Source: Geosiphon pyriformis uo1 (taxonomy: Eukaryota > Fungi > Glomeromycota). Taken from it: DNA of 64,000 bases. The translations under genes were made by a program, and so were the position numbers. The notes under the pieces were generated by a model. The model searched no databases. It was not told the DNA's origin and saw only the letters and a program-made list of their open reading frames with translations. The stretch is from assembly GCA_016748015.1 (NCBI GenBank), contig JAAOMT010000029.1, positions 422,896 through 486,895 on the forward strand, written 5' to 3'. Each line of letters opens with the position of its first letter. Within the stretch, counting starts at the first letter, position 1. Below, piece by piece: positions 36,901-49,792 of this stretch.

Positions 36901-39719
36901 TTCATTGTCCCCGATACATGCACTCATAGTGGATAGTTTTTTTCCACAATTGACACATATTAGTCTTGGGGGTTGGTAAAATAAGTTTCTTTAGTTCGAG
37001 GTTACGTATCTTAGTGATGACGATTGGGGTTCTTCTTTGGCTCTGCCTTTTCCTTTTTTTTCCCAGGTTGGTGGTGGGAGTAGTTCAGTTTGATAATCAT
37101 TCACCCATGAAACCTGATAGGTCTTGATGGTTGGTGGCATTGATGTATCTTCGAATTTAATAAGAGGTTCCTCAGTATGTTGGGTTTTAAAGTATCTGCA
37201 CGTAGCTGGGACTTGGGCATGCTGTCTGTTAAATGTGAGTTGAAGTTCTTAGGTGTTCCAGTCGAGAGTGGCATTGGCTTTTGACAACTAGTTGTTTCCT
37301 ACTAGAGCTTGATATTGAGTAGCTTCCATGACGAGTACTTTAATAGGGATTTGGATTCCATTAATCTCGAAGGGGAAGTTGTCAATTTCTTCTATCAGGG
37401 TTTTTGTGTTCCTATCCACTGTAATGATCCGGGCGGTAGCAGCACGGTCTACTCGGCGACCTAGTTGGTTCATGAACTGCTTCGTGATTATGCTACCAGC
37501 TGATCTGCTATCCAGGATTAATTTAATGTCTATTCTTCTGACTCTGGTATTGGTATATAGGACCATTATTGGTTTATTCTGATTGATGGCTGCTCCACTA
37601 AAAAGGCTATGGGTGTTCAAATTATTGATGTCAAAAGGAAATATGGTGGCTAGAGTGGTGTCTTCAGTAATAGTGGCTGGTAAGATATTGCTTTTTGTTT
37701 GCTTGGAAGGTTGGGAAATTCGTTCTATATCCCCCCTTTCTACAAGTGTAGATTTATCAAAATCCTGGTCTTCCATAAGACCAAGATAGAAAGCTTGATT
37801 TGGGTATCCAGTTGGTGTTGGTCGAAATTGGGCAGGACTGCAAGGGATTGGTCGAGACAGTCCACTGTTGGTTTGCACCTGATTGTTGTTAAGATTCCTC
37901 CATCTCTGATTATAGTCTATAACTCAAAATCTGGACAGGCTGTAAGGGGAAGTTTGATAGTGAGAGATTGCTTGTGTCATTGGTGGTGGTTGATAATAAT
38001 TCTGGGACAGTGGTTGAGTGTACGGAACTTGTTGTGCATATAGGGGTGGTTGATTCTGAAGTATGGAATATTAGGGTACCATGTTTTGCTGATATCTGGG
38101 TTGCTGATATGAGTTTCCTTGATTTTGGTCTATGATCTTTCTTCTGCAGTCACGGGCAATGTGTTCAGGTTTCTGGCAGTAGTAACAGTTGTGGGGATCA
38201 GATCTCCAAGGTTGTTGCTGTTGCTGACAGTTCTGTTGCTGTAGGTATCTGCTGTTGTTGTTATTTTCTCTCCATTGGGGTGGTTGGTAAGTTCCTGTAG
38301 TTCCAGCTAAGAATCTCTCAATTTTTTGAGTTAATTTCTCACTCAATTGGGTTATCTTTGTGTCGATGTCAGAGGTTCCATTAATGGCTAAATTAACGGC
38401 TTGGGTATGGTTTGCTTCTTGTTCTGCAGACTCCAAATCGCGAGTGAGAGCGACAGCATCTTGTAAACTGGTCAGATGACGGGGTTTTATGGATCTTAGA
38501 ATACTACTCCGCAATTCTTTAATAAATTGATTAAGAACTTGTGCCATGGTGTAGTAGTCTCTTTTGATAGCTAATATTTGACACAGGATTTGATTGAATC
38601 GTCCGAGATAAGTAATTACTGCTTCGTGATCTTTTTGTTTAATTATGCTGAATTGATTCTGCAATTGGATTAATGTATTGGGGTCACAGAAGTATTGCAG
38701 AAATACGAGTTTAAACTCGGTAAAGGAGGTAGGCTTCTCTGCCAGGCTCTGGTATCACGAATTGGCAGTTCCAGTCAGAAAGAATGGCAGTGTCTGAATT
38801 GTGTGGTTGTTGTTCTAACTGTTAGTGATAATTGCTTTCTTGGCATCTGCGATCCAAGAATATGCATTATCTTCTTCACCAGAAAATTTTTCCAATTTAG
38901 CAATATCCCAGTAAGCCATGATCCAGTTAATGGGTGGGGTGTTACTAGTTATGTTTAAAGGGATTGGTGTCCACATATTCGAGTGTTCTCCGGGTGCTAA
39001 TGCTGGTTGTTTTCCTTTGTCGTTTGAACCAATAGGTTGTAAGATAGCTGTTTCTTCTGTCAGAAGAGATGCTAATTCTGCTAGGTTTTGTGCTGGTGGC
39101 TGTTCCCAAGTTGACAGGTTTCCTTCTGTTTGACCAGCTGCTGGGGTAAGATTTTCAAACAGTGATCTGTATTTTCTTAGTGATTTGGTCCAATTGTGTT
39201 GATTCCAAGAGTGTGGATTTCCAGGAGTTTGTGGTGTTTCCAACTGGATTTCCAGGGGTGGGTTGAATACAATTCTACTTTGGGGTGTCTGATGGTATGA
39301 TGGAATTGTTGGGGAGAGGACCCTTGGTTTCTTGTTGACCATGGACTTGGCTTGGGCAGTTACGGGGTTATTGGATTTGTTTTTGTATTTCTTAAAGTCG
39401 GATTCTATTGGTTGTTGTACTTGAGGGAATCGTTGTGCCACGTAATATTTAATGTATCAATTATGTGCAGAGTTTCAGTGATTGCTCGGGTAGTCGTGGC
39501 TGTTGAGTACCCTAGTAAGCTTTGATGGATTTGTTCTCCAAGTCTTTCTGTATCAGTTGCGCAGCCTAACAAGCAGTCAATTTTTGCATTGATATAGTTA
39601 CAAAAATCACTTTCTGCGTAAGCAGTTTCTGCTGGTATTCCTAGGTCTTTTCAAAAGTATTGAAATAATGCTTTTTTGTATGAGGAGTGGTCCTTTTTTA
39701 TTGTTCCAATAGTTACCAC
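33936..39719 (-). pseudogene. C gag-pol (gag, CCHC, protease, Cys-rich, dUTPase, RT, RNase H)
   Basis: CYYCQKPEHIARDC; LILDSRSAGSII; RT/RH ORF 34032-34721 (FLGLAGYYRRF, DASKNALGAVL, YTDHK); ends ...MSQT-TAA. Confidence 0.9.
35764..36199 (-). pseudogene. dut: dUTPase domain within C pol
   Basis: DVGFDL, SLAKK, IIDAGYTGNI, KIAQAIFL, NGFGSSG on the minus strand. Confidence 0.88.
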
Positions 39720-39781
39720 TTTTATGTATTTTTGGGGGTGCTCTGTTTTTGTGAATTTATAACCTCACAGGGAGCACCAAA

Positions 39782-40815
39782 TGTTATAGGTAAACTTGGT
39801 GGGTATGGGAAATGGTAACATTTAGTGCTCTTAATTATTGGTGATGCGTCTTCCGTGTAATTCTGTTGGCTTAGTCTTGATTATCAGTCTCTGAAGGTCT
39901 ATTTCTGAATGTGAATTTTACCCGTTGAGTTTTTTAGTTATAAGACACAGAGTTTGTCTTTTGTCAATTGCAACATTTTTTGTAAATGTGAGCTTTCTTC
40001 TCCAAGCTAACGAGCACAGTCATTAGGGTCTAGCGTTGTCTTTTCACCCTTCTGGTAAGCTAACAAGATAATGTTAATATCTAAAACTTAGGGGGAGCTT
40101 CCCTTTTTTACCAGGCTATCACGAAGTTTATTCCCAGACAGTCGATTTTATTATGTTGCTGCTCCACAAAAATAAGACAGAAAAAGAAAGAAAAAGAAAA
40201 AGAAAAGAAAAGAAAAGAGAAAAAAGATAAATTAGTATTGTCAATCACTGTGATCAAGAGCGATTGGTCCAAATTATTAATAGGTTTGAGGCAGTTATGC
40301 TAAGAGCATCTGTTCTAGAATGGAGGTACGAGACAAGAGTTAATTTATGTAAATTCTATAAAGTTCGAGAATATGAATTTGTGATTCTGATTTCTTTAAT
40401 AATTGGTTTATTTCAGGAGATGAAATAGGGAAGATAATAAAAGATGAAGGGGTATGGATATTTTTAATTCTGGTCTAGAGATTCGTATCTATCTGTCTGT
40501 CTTTTCTCACTTCTACAACTACTTGCTTTTATATATTCTTTTGGTTTTACAGAATTGCTTTCAATTGTCTCGCTATCACTAGCTATTGCTTTGTTGTTTC
40601 TGTTATTGCTTCGTTTTTCTATGTTATCACTAGTTATCTTATATTATAACATGTTATTTGATGTTATTATATGTTATTCTGTGTTATCCTGCATTATAAC
40701 ATGTTATCCTACATTATAATGCATTATCCAACATTATTGCATGTTATTCTGTGTTATGTTACATTTTGGTCATGTTTCTTCATAACTTTGGATTGGTTTT
40801 TCTATTTAGATAACA
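39782..40815 (-). repeat. C 5' LTR
   Basis: TGTTAT...ATAACA termini; PBS adjacent. Confidence 0.93.
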
Positions 40816-43800
40816 ATGTGTACCAGCCATGTGTGGCCACTTCAAGACTTCTCTAAGAGAGAAACTATTGATTGAACTGGAGGAGGTGAAAAAAAAACCT
40901 ACTTAAAAAGCTTACCAAGTCTCTTGGGCCAACGCTGACCACAACAAACTACCACCCATACTATCATAGGACAACAAAGAGAAAAAGAAAGAAAAAGAAA
41001 AACTTACCTGAAGAACAAATCAGGGATTTTGAAGTGATGACAGCCAAAATAAACCAACCACAGAATGAACTTAGGAAGAAAAAAGAAAAGGAAAAGAACA
41101 AGAAGAAGAGCCAGCACAATCTACTACCTCTACATATGTCCCATATTCTACACAACCTCAGGCCACCTACCGTCAATCTAAACTCAAATGTGTCACTTGC
41201 GGCAAGAAATTGTTGACAATGGGCACATGTTGTGACAACAACAAAAACTGGCAGACAGCAACATGATACTATTGTTGCCCATGTGTCATTGAATGCGATG
41301 GCTGACCACTAAAAATAGAAAAATGGGACAATACATCATGCCTAGCATACAGAGAAATGCTTCTGGATGAAGGAATGTAGAATGACATTCCAGGGTGAGA
41401 AGGAACGTGTGATAAAACATGCCAGTACACAATCCTAATAAATGATTGGGTACAAAAAGAGACCTCAATCCATGATGCATGGAAACGAGTCTTAAAATGT
41501 TTGAAAAGCTACCCACATGACAAATATGAGATCTGGAGAATGGCATATGCAATGGCAGAAGGAGCTACAGCCAGTGAGTTGTAGGAAATCAAAACCAATC
41601 TATTATCTCTCCCAGAGCCAGAATATGTTGCAACGTTGGACGTTTTTGGTAATGTTGAGAATGATTCCGAGAAATTTCATGAACACTACTAACAACTAGC
41701 ACCCACAAGAGAAAAACAAAAAGAGCGGTTAGCATAGCTAAACACTCAATTATGTGACCACTGTTTGATCCCATGTGACTTTTAATATTGTAATAAGTGT
41801 GATCTCATTTACAATCTACCAATTCACATAATCTACATGATCCCAGAGGAAGAGGAACCAATCAGCAGCTGCATATTGGAATCAGGATCACCATTCGATC
41901 CCAATTCAAACTCCGACAATGATGACGACAAAAACACTGGTTTCAGTTTTTTTCAATATGGCAACAACAACAATACTGATTCCAACTCAGATTCAAACTT
42001 TGATACAAAATACGAACAATATATTGCAATCCCTGACCTCACCAGGGAATTGGAACTAAAATGGTTTAGTAATAATGATGAGAGTATCATGTCTGAACAT
42101 GTGCATAATATTGATGCTGGATTTGATCTGAGATATCCAGGAAAAGAGGTCATCAAATTGGAACCACATTTATGCACTTGCATTGATCTGAAAGTAGCAC
42201 TAGAAATTCCGGCAACAACAATGGTTCAATTAGCATCTAGGAGTAGTTTAGCAAAAAGAGAGATTAATATAAGAGGAGGAATAATTGACATAGAATATGT
42301 AGGAAATATCATTGCTATGTTACAAAATGACTCAGAAAAAGCCTATATAATAGAGCCCAACAAAAAGATAGCACAGGCAATATTCCTGCTTCTGGTTAGA
42401 GTAGCTCAGTTAATATCAGTGAGAAAAAGAAAGGAATTAGGAATAACAGTAAAAGGAATACAGGGATTCGGATCAACAGATAGAATAGATGTGCCAGTCA
42501 ATATGGCAGAAGAAGAAATTGTTGGCCAAGGAGAAATTATCTCAACTGGTCAAGCAATTTCCATTCCACTATATGATCAGTACATGATAACAATAGAGAG
42601 AGAAGTAAAAGACCAAGCACAAATTTTTGAAGCAGAAGCAAGTCTTTGTAAATCAGGAGAAGTTGGACTCATCAATCTTTACTTACCAGCCAAGAACTAT
42701 AACCACATCAAAATTCCCATCTACAACAACACTGGAAATATTGTCAATATACCAGAAGGAACCATCATCAGATATTTGACCACAGAAATAGAGAATCAAC
42801 CACTAAGCACCATTCCAGACTTTTCACAGCTTTGTGGATATGTCAATATCACATCACAAACAATATACAAACGAAGTGAATGTTATTTGCTCCAACCAAA
42901 ACAGTTGGAACAAATAAACATGGGAAACTTAGATTCACTCCAATGTATGCAACTTAAGATGTTGCTCAACAATTTCAATGACATCTTTGTCAGCAAAAAC
43001 GAGTTTGGCCGAACTGACATCATCCAGCATCAGATCAAGACTGGAAATGCAATGCCAATTAAACAAAGAGCATATAGAGTACTACCAGCTAGCCACGAGA
43101 TCATTTGTCAAGAAATAAACCGAATGCTTAACAATGGGCTAATTCAGTCATCAATGAGCCCATGGTCATCACCAGTGGTACTCATTTGGAAAAAGAATGG
43201 GAAAATTTGCTTTTGTGTGGATTATAGAAAACTCAATAGAGTAACTCATAAAGATAGCTACCTTACTTTATGGATCCAAGAATTATTCGACGCTTTTGGT
43301 GAAAACAAATGGTTTTCAACATTAGACCTGGACAGTAGTTACTGGCAAGTAGCCATGGATCCAGCCAACAAAGAAAAGACAGCATTTACCACCAGAGAAG
43401 AAAATTTTGAATTTGAAGTAATGCCATTTGGCTTAATTAATGCACCAGCCACTTTCCAACAGCTAATGGAAATTGTTTATATTGGCTTATTGTGAAAATC
43501 AGTAGTTGTATACTTGAATGACACCAATGTATTCTCAAAAACATTTGATAATTATCTTCATCATCTTCAACAAGTGTTCGAAAGACTAAGAAGAGCAGAA
43601 CTAAAATTAAATGCAACAAAGTGCTTTTTTGGCAAGACAGAACTAAAATTCTTGGGATACATAGTTAGCAAAGATGGCATCAAAACAGATCCAGAGAAAA
43701 TAGAGATAGTAAAGAACTTTCCAGTGCCAACTAATATGACAGAACTAAAATTATTCTTGAGATTCACCAGCTACTATTGATATTTTATCAAGAACTTTTC

Positions 43801-44314
43801 CAAGATAGCGCAGCCACTCAACCAACTACAAACCAAAAATACAAAATATGAATAAACAAAAAGTCAACAAGAAGCTTTTAATATTCTGAAAAGAAAGCTC
43901 ATTCAAGCTCCAGTACTGATCTATCCAGATCACAGCAAACCATTCATCATTACTACCAATGCATCTGGCCAAGCATTGGGAGCAATATTATCTCAGAGAG
44001 GATCAAACAACAGAGAACATCTAGTAGCATATGCCAGCAGAGATTTAACACCAGCCAAAAAGAACTATGGAACACCAGAGCAAGAACACTTAGCAATATA
44101 CTGAGCAGTCATGAAATAGAAAGAATACTTGAGCCAGAAGTTTGAAGTATACACAAATCACAAAGAACTAACATTACTTCAAAAACAAGAATTTGGAGAT
44201 GGAAGACAGTTAAGATGGAAAATGGCACTCACACCATATAATTATACTATACATTATAAAAAGGGAAAAGACAACAAAAATACTGACAGTTTGTTGCAAA
44301 TGAGACAAATTTAA
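40816..44314 (+). pseudogene. pol: B2 pol, 3' part (Cys-rich, dUTPase, RT, RNase H)
   Basis: 552-aa ORF 41837-43495 fuses dUTPase to RT; RNase H ends MRQI-TAA at 44314. Confidence 0.93.
42051..42480 (+). pseudogene. dut: dUTPase domain within B2 pol
   Basis: DAGFDL, ASRSSLA, GGIIDIEYVG, KIAQ, GIQGFGST. Confidence 0.93.
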
Positions 44315-44376
44315 GAACATTTTAACCCAAAAATATAACAAAACCAGAACAATACAAATGAAAAATATAACAAAAG

Positions 44377-45759
44377 ATGAACATACAAAAATATCAACAA
44401 CTGCAATATTATATAAACACTCAACAGTTCAAGGAGAATTTATCTCAAACAGAACAAAAGAGTATTAAACAACAATCAAAATATTTTATCACTCACCAAA
44501 ATATACTTTATCAGAAAAATAGAAGAGATCTAAAACAACCAACCAGAGTAATTACAGAGCCAGAAAAAGAGACAATATTTTTCAACATGCACTCAAATCC
44601 AACAGCAGAACACTTTCACAAAGAAGCAACCATAGAAAGAACCAGAAAAAGATACTATTGGCCATCAATGTATCCAAATATCATCCAATATGTTCAAAAT
44701 TGTGATGCTTGTCAGCGAAGAGAAGATATGAAACCCAGTGAACCATTAAGACCAATCAAAGTGAGACAACCATTTGATTGTATTGGAATTAATTTAGTCA
44801 GACTATTAACAATTACCAGTGGAGGAAACAGGTACATAGCAGTAGTCATAGACTATTTTACTAAATGGTCAGAGATGAAACCAATTCAAAGAGCAGATGC
44901 AGAATCCATTGCCAAATTTGTTCATTAAGATTTAATTTGTCAACATGGATGTCCAAAGGAATTATTATCAGACCAAGGAACTCATTTTGTGAACAGAACA
45001 TTAACAGAATTGAGCCAAAGATTCGGAATTAAGAGACCACTATCATCACCATACCATCCACAAACCAATGGATTAGTCGAAAGATTCAACAGAACATTGT
45101 GTAAAGCAATAGCTAAACTCAGCCAAGAAAATCAGAATGATTGGGATTTGTTGATATCATCAGTACTATTTGCTTATTAGACAATAAAACAAGATACTAC
45201 ACAAGCAACACTATTTGAATTAGTATATGATAGAACAACAATACTACCAGTAGAAATAGAAGTCAGCACATACCCAACCAAACCAATAACAGAAGAAAAT
45301 TTCAAAAACACATTGTTGAGAAGAACATATGACTTAATAGAAACATTAGAAAACAAATGATGAAGAGCAGTTGATAACATACAAAGATCACAAGAAAAAC
45401 AAAAAGAAAGACATAATAATCAACTACTAGATAAACCAGTTGAATTCAGGATTGAAGACAAAGTACTATTACATCGTACCAAAGTGGAAAAACAATGGAG
45501 TGAAAAATTTGACCCCAAATGTGATGGACCATTTCACATAGAAAAAATTCTAGAAAATGGAGCTTACAAATTAAGATTGAATAACAAAATCTTGATCAAA
45601 GCAGCACATGAAGATCGACTGAAACCATACCACCATATAGCATCATCATCCACCAGTAATATTCCACAATTAGGAGTACAGAGAATACTAGTCTAACCAG
45701 ATGAGATTCCACGAGATTTGGAACCAATCATTATCATTAACAACAACATGTCCAATTGA
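44377..45759 (+). pseudogene. B2 integrase, separate ORF
   Basis: ATG 44377; HHCC, DDE and GPF (DGPFHIEKILENGAYKL) motifs. Confidence 0.9.
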
Positions 45760-45782
45760 TCGACAAAAGAATATATAAAAAC

Positions 45783-46442
45783 ATGATTGACATAACAGAA
45801 GAGATCAGAAAAATGAAAATTACAGACAATATCTATTTACTAGTCCAACAAATTTTTCAATTAATCCAACACCAGGAAATAGAAATTACAATCAATCAAC
45901 AAACCATTCGTTACAAAAATACGGCAAAGATACCACAAAATAAAGCACAGAAAAGACTTGAAAATGTTGTTGACAAGATTATAACCAAGATAAAATTGGC
46001 CATAAAAGAACAACAAATAGTTGGATTACACCCAGAACTTACCAGAGAAACTTAGACTTGGTAGACACAACAATTTCCGAAAAATTATTGTTATTTCCAC
46101 TTGGGACAACATGTAAATATCCAGAATTTGTACACCAACAAAACAAAACAGTTATTTAACACAACAATATTGGGACAACTAGAACAATTTGTGGAAAAGA
46201 ACAATCTAACCACACAAGCTCGAGCTATTTACTGGCTATATATAGAATTTCAAGACTAACCAGAAATCTTACTCAACACAGCAATGAATACAGTTACAAG
46301 TAATCAATTGGAAAAAATAACCAATGCCCAATTTGAAAAACTACAAACTAAAATAACACAAATAATACTCAAAAAAGAAGTTCAGGAAATAATTCAAGAA
46401 GGGGAATTAAAGAAGTTATATTTTGACAAAGCTCAATATTAA
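45783..46442 (+). pseudogene. B2 accessory ORF3
   Basis: Homologous to B1 ORF3; the stop abuts the PPT. Confidence 0.7.
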
Positions 46443-46455
46443 AAGGAGAGAATAA

Positions 46456-47383
46456 TATTACTCATAAAATATAGGAAATATAGTATTATTAGTCAGTAGA
46501 TATTAGCCAATCAGATGTAGACATAGTAAATGTGGAATTTCAAGATTTCTCTTAAAGGAATTGCAGAATTCCAGGAATTTCAGAATTCTCTGACAAGGAA
46601 TTGCAGGATTCCAGAATTCCAGGATTTCTCTCATTAGGAATCGCAGAATTTCAGAAATTCCAGAATTCCTGTCGCAAGAAATTGAGGAATTGAGGAATCT
46701 CAAATATGTATATATAGTAGTAGCATTAGAAACAGAAAAGACAGAATCAACACCAAGAATCCTTAGCTTAGTTACTACAATCCTCAAATAAATAATTATT
46801 CACTATATCAAATTCATTCTCCACTATCAACACTTTATGTTGATAGTAATTGATACTTAACCATACTGGAACAATATCTCTTGATCACGGCTATTAATGG
46901 GATACTAACTTGCAAATTGCCTTAGCTTATTTCTTATTTTCTCTTTTATCTTTCTTTATTTTCTTTGTTGTTTACTAACTTGATTAAAGGATTTACTCTT
47001 GGAGGACTTACAAAGGAATAAAACTTACTTAAAAATACTTACTCTTAGAGGACTTATGAAGGAATAAACTTGCTTAAAACAATACTTACTCTTAGAGGAC
47101 TTATGGAGGAACTAATGTCAGGAAACCATACTGGTATACACTTATGAAGGATATCATACCAGGAAAATCATCAACCATCAAGCTGAGCAAGCCATTGACA
47201 AAACTACGGTTTTAGGAAACTACTAATAAACTGTTACCATTGAATCTCTGTCCATTATACAAAGAACTCAATTGGAAAACCTTCAGATAAAATACCTTCA
47301 AATTATTATCGTCACCAATCACCTTAAGCACCAAGTTACGGGTTTTGTTATTCACTCAACACCCTAAAGAATCACCTGTAATA
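46456..47383 (+). repeat. B2 3' LTR
   Basis: Family-B LTR after PPT AAAAGGAGAGAATAA. Confidence 0.95.
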
Positions 47384-47387
47384 CCAC

Positions 47388-48818
47388 CAAACCAACAGCA
47401 AAAATAGGAAACTGGGTTATAGTTCTTTTTAGCACAAAGAAATTGTTACTACAGAAAACATTAAATTTACTACAGACCAAAAAAATTCTGTTGGACAACA
47501 ATTTGGAAAGAATCTTAAGAGCAGTCTCAATCAATATGATAGGTCTAGTATTAGTTAAAACATTCTCCCATTTATATGGTTTAGAAATTATTAACATTTA
47601 AGTTTCTTTTCATGATTGAGAAACAAATTTACACACCAAACAAAATTCAAAATATTTAAAAGCATAATAAGTACTAAATTATTACTATGCTTCTAAAGCT
47701 TATTCATAATACTAAACAAGCCAGCAGTCTTCTCATCAGGTAAATTCTTGATCACACACATTAAGTTGTTAAAACAAACAAAAATCATGATTTTGGAAAA
47801 GGCATTATTATTAACATGAAACAATAGCAAATATTGACAATACCACAAATTGGAAACACTATCCAATATGATTTTTTTTCTAGTTTATTTTTTTATAATT
47901 ACATCAATCTTGAATTTAACCTCAACAGAATTCAAAACCAATTCACCATCAGAAACTAAATGATCTAATACCACCTTACAAAAAAAACATTTTAACACAC
48001 TTCTAATTGTGTGACCTTTATGAACAGCAAAACTTTCTATCTGTTTTTCAATAGCAGATCTAATACCTGACCCCTCAGCTCTCAATAATTCAGCAAGTTT
48101 GGAGGCATAATAAAACTTTCTTATGCGAAAAAAAGCAAAATGTACATGATCAAAACTTATACCAAAGTCTATTAAAACCTGAATAATAGAAGTCTTGTCA
48201 CTATTTAAAGAGTTCTAATGCTTTATTAGAGAAACAAACCTGTTTACACTCTCCTTATAAAAAGTCTTAACAATCTTTGAAACCAAAATTTCTAGTTTAT
48301 GAAACCTAGAAAACTCATTAGTAAAAACACTATCAAAGCTCTTGAACCACTTTTTTTTGAATGTTTCATTAACTGAAAAAATCACAATTTTGTGAACAAT
48401 ATCTTATATTGTATCTAAATTCGAGAATTTCTTAGATATAGCAAAATTATCAAAAAATATTATGGTATTGACTGCTGTAATATTTTTAAAATTATTCCAT
48501 TTCATCTTATTAGCATTTTTAACATCAAACTTTTAATGATTTTTATTTGTCTGCTTGTGCATAAAGTTCAATTGCACATTTAACAAATTTTTCAAATTTA
48601 CAGAAACAGAAACAGCCTGGTAATTAGTGTTAAAATATTCTCTAACATCAATTATATCATGATCTATTACTGTATTGACCAAGTTTAAAGAAACAAATAT
48701 ATAATCAATTGTTTTTGTAACACCCCAAGAATTAGTCTATATTAGCATTTTTGCAAATGAACTTTTACCCAAAAAATTAACCAGACCTAAATCAAGTCAC
48801 TTTTTGAAACTAACATAT
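47388..48818 (-). mobile_element. LINE L2, middle segment (APE C-terminal part, linker, RT N-terminal part)
   Basis: KPYKWENVLTNTRPIILIET; homologous to L3 53720-55150. Confidence 0.88.
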
Positions 48819-49788
48819 TGTTACCAGTAGAATTTTAGTTATTAATTAGCATGAAATTACCTTTATAATTCCTATTATTAATTAGCATATATTATTATTA
48901 TCTCGAATATCACTTATTATTTAATCAAATTATTAAATATTATTACTCAATCAATAATCCGATTTGTATCATAGAAATTAAGATGATCAAATTACACAAT
49001 ATCCTGAACCATTTAACATAGTCAAAATTCGCCGAAATTAATAAAAATTCGCCGAAATAATCAATAGTTCAGTAAAATAACTTGTAGTTTGCCGAAATAT
49101 ATTTTTAGTTTACCAAAATTGTAGCAAAAAAAAAAGTGCAAGTTCAAAGACTAGTATTATAACAAATTGTATAAAAGAAGAGCTTTTCTCTTCAAGAAAA
49201 TGTATCTTCTCATAGTATCTTAACATAGTATCTCACTTTAGATATCTTAATTAGAACAAATTACCTTTTGTACATTCAAATAAAAATTAAATATTCGAAA
49301 ACCAAATTCTTAAAATATTACACTTGAAATTCTCTCAAACACAACTAACATTTCGAAATTAATTAGCTACCAATTTCAGTAAACTGTTAGTGATTTCAGG
49401 CCTGAATAGAAAACGTTTCCCTTAATAAAATCCTATTTTTTTACATTTTTTTTATTTTTTTTATTTTTTTTATCATAATCATTAAGGTAGTCTATAGACA
49501 AGATTCCTGTAGAAGAGTTGACTTTTACAGCAAAGTAACTACACATTTTTAGTGAGCTTCCAGACAAGTAATTTCTGGAAAAGAGTTGACATTTACTACA
49601 ATGTAACTACATAAAGTAACTGACAAAAAATTGGCCATTCTACTTATAAGCCCAGCAATTCAAATTATAAGAGATAATTTGAAGATAAATTCAGTTACTG
49701 GAGGTCCAACTACTTCCTAAAAACATGAATTCACAGCAAATCAACATTAACAACATTCAAGAAAAGAAACCAAAAACCTCTAGTAACA
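48819..49788. repeat. Solo LTR, family E, inserted in the LINE L2 endonuclease
   Basis: TGTTAC...GTAACA termini; TSD ATAT/ACAT; the LINE frame (NFNKDSSHRC|VSFKK) rejoins across it. Confidence 0.88.
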
Positions 49789-49792
49789 ACAT

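Larger units (their letters stand above)
30667..40815 (-). mobile_element. Ty3/Gypsy family C (dUTPase-bearing), antisense insertion inside B2
   Basis: LTRs 39782-40815 and ~30667-31732; PBS 39763-39779 (reverse complement TGGTGCTCCCTGTGAGG); PPT 31733-31748; full domain set on the minus strand. Confidence 0.95.
27013..47383 (+). mobile_element. Ty3/Gypsy family B copy B2, inserted in LINE L2 and itself interrupted by element C
   Basis: LTRs 27013-27939 and 46456-47383; TSD CCAC (27009-27012/47384-47387); PBS 27942-27958. Confidence 0.96.
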
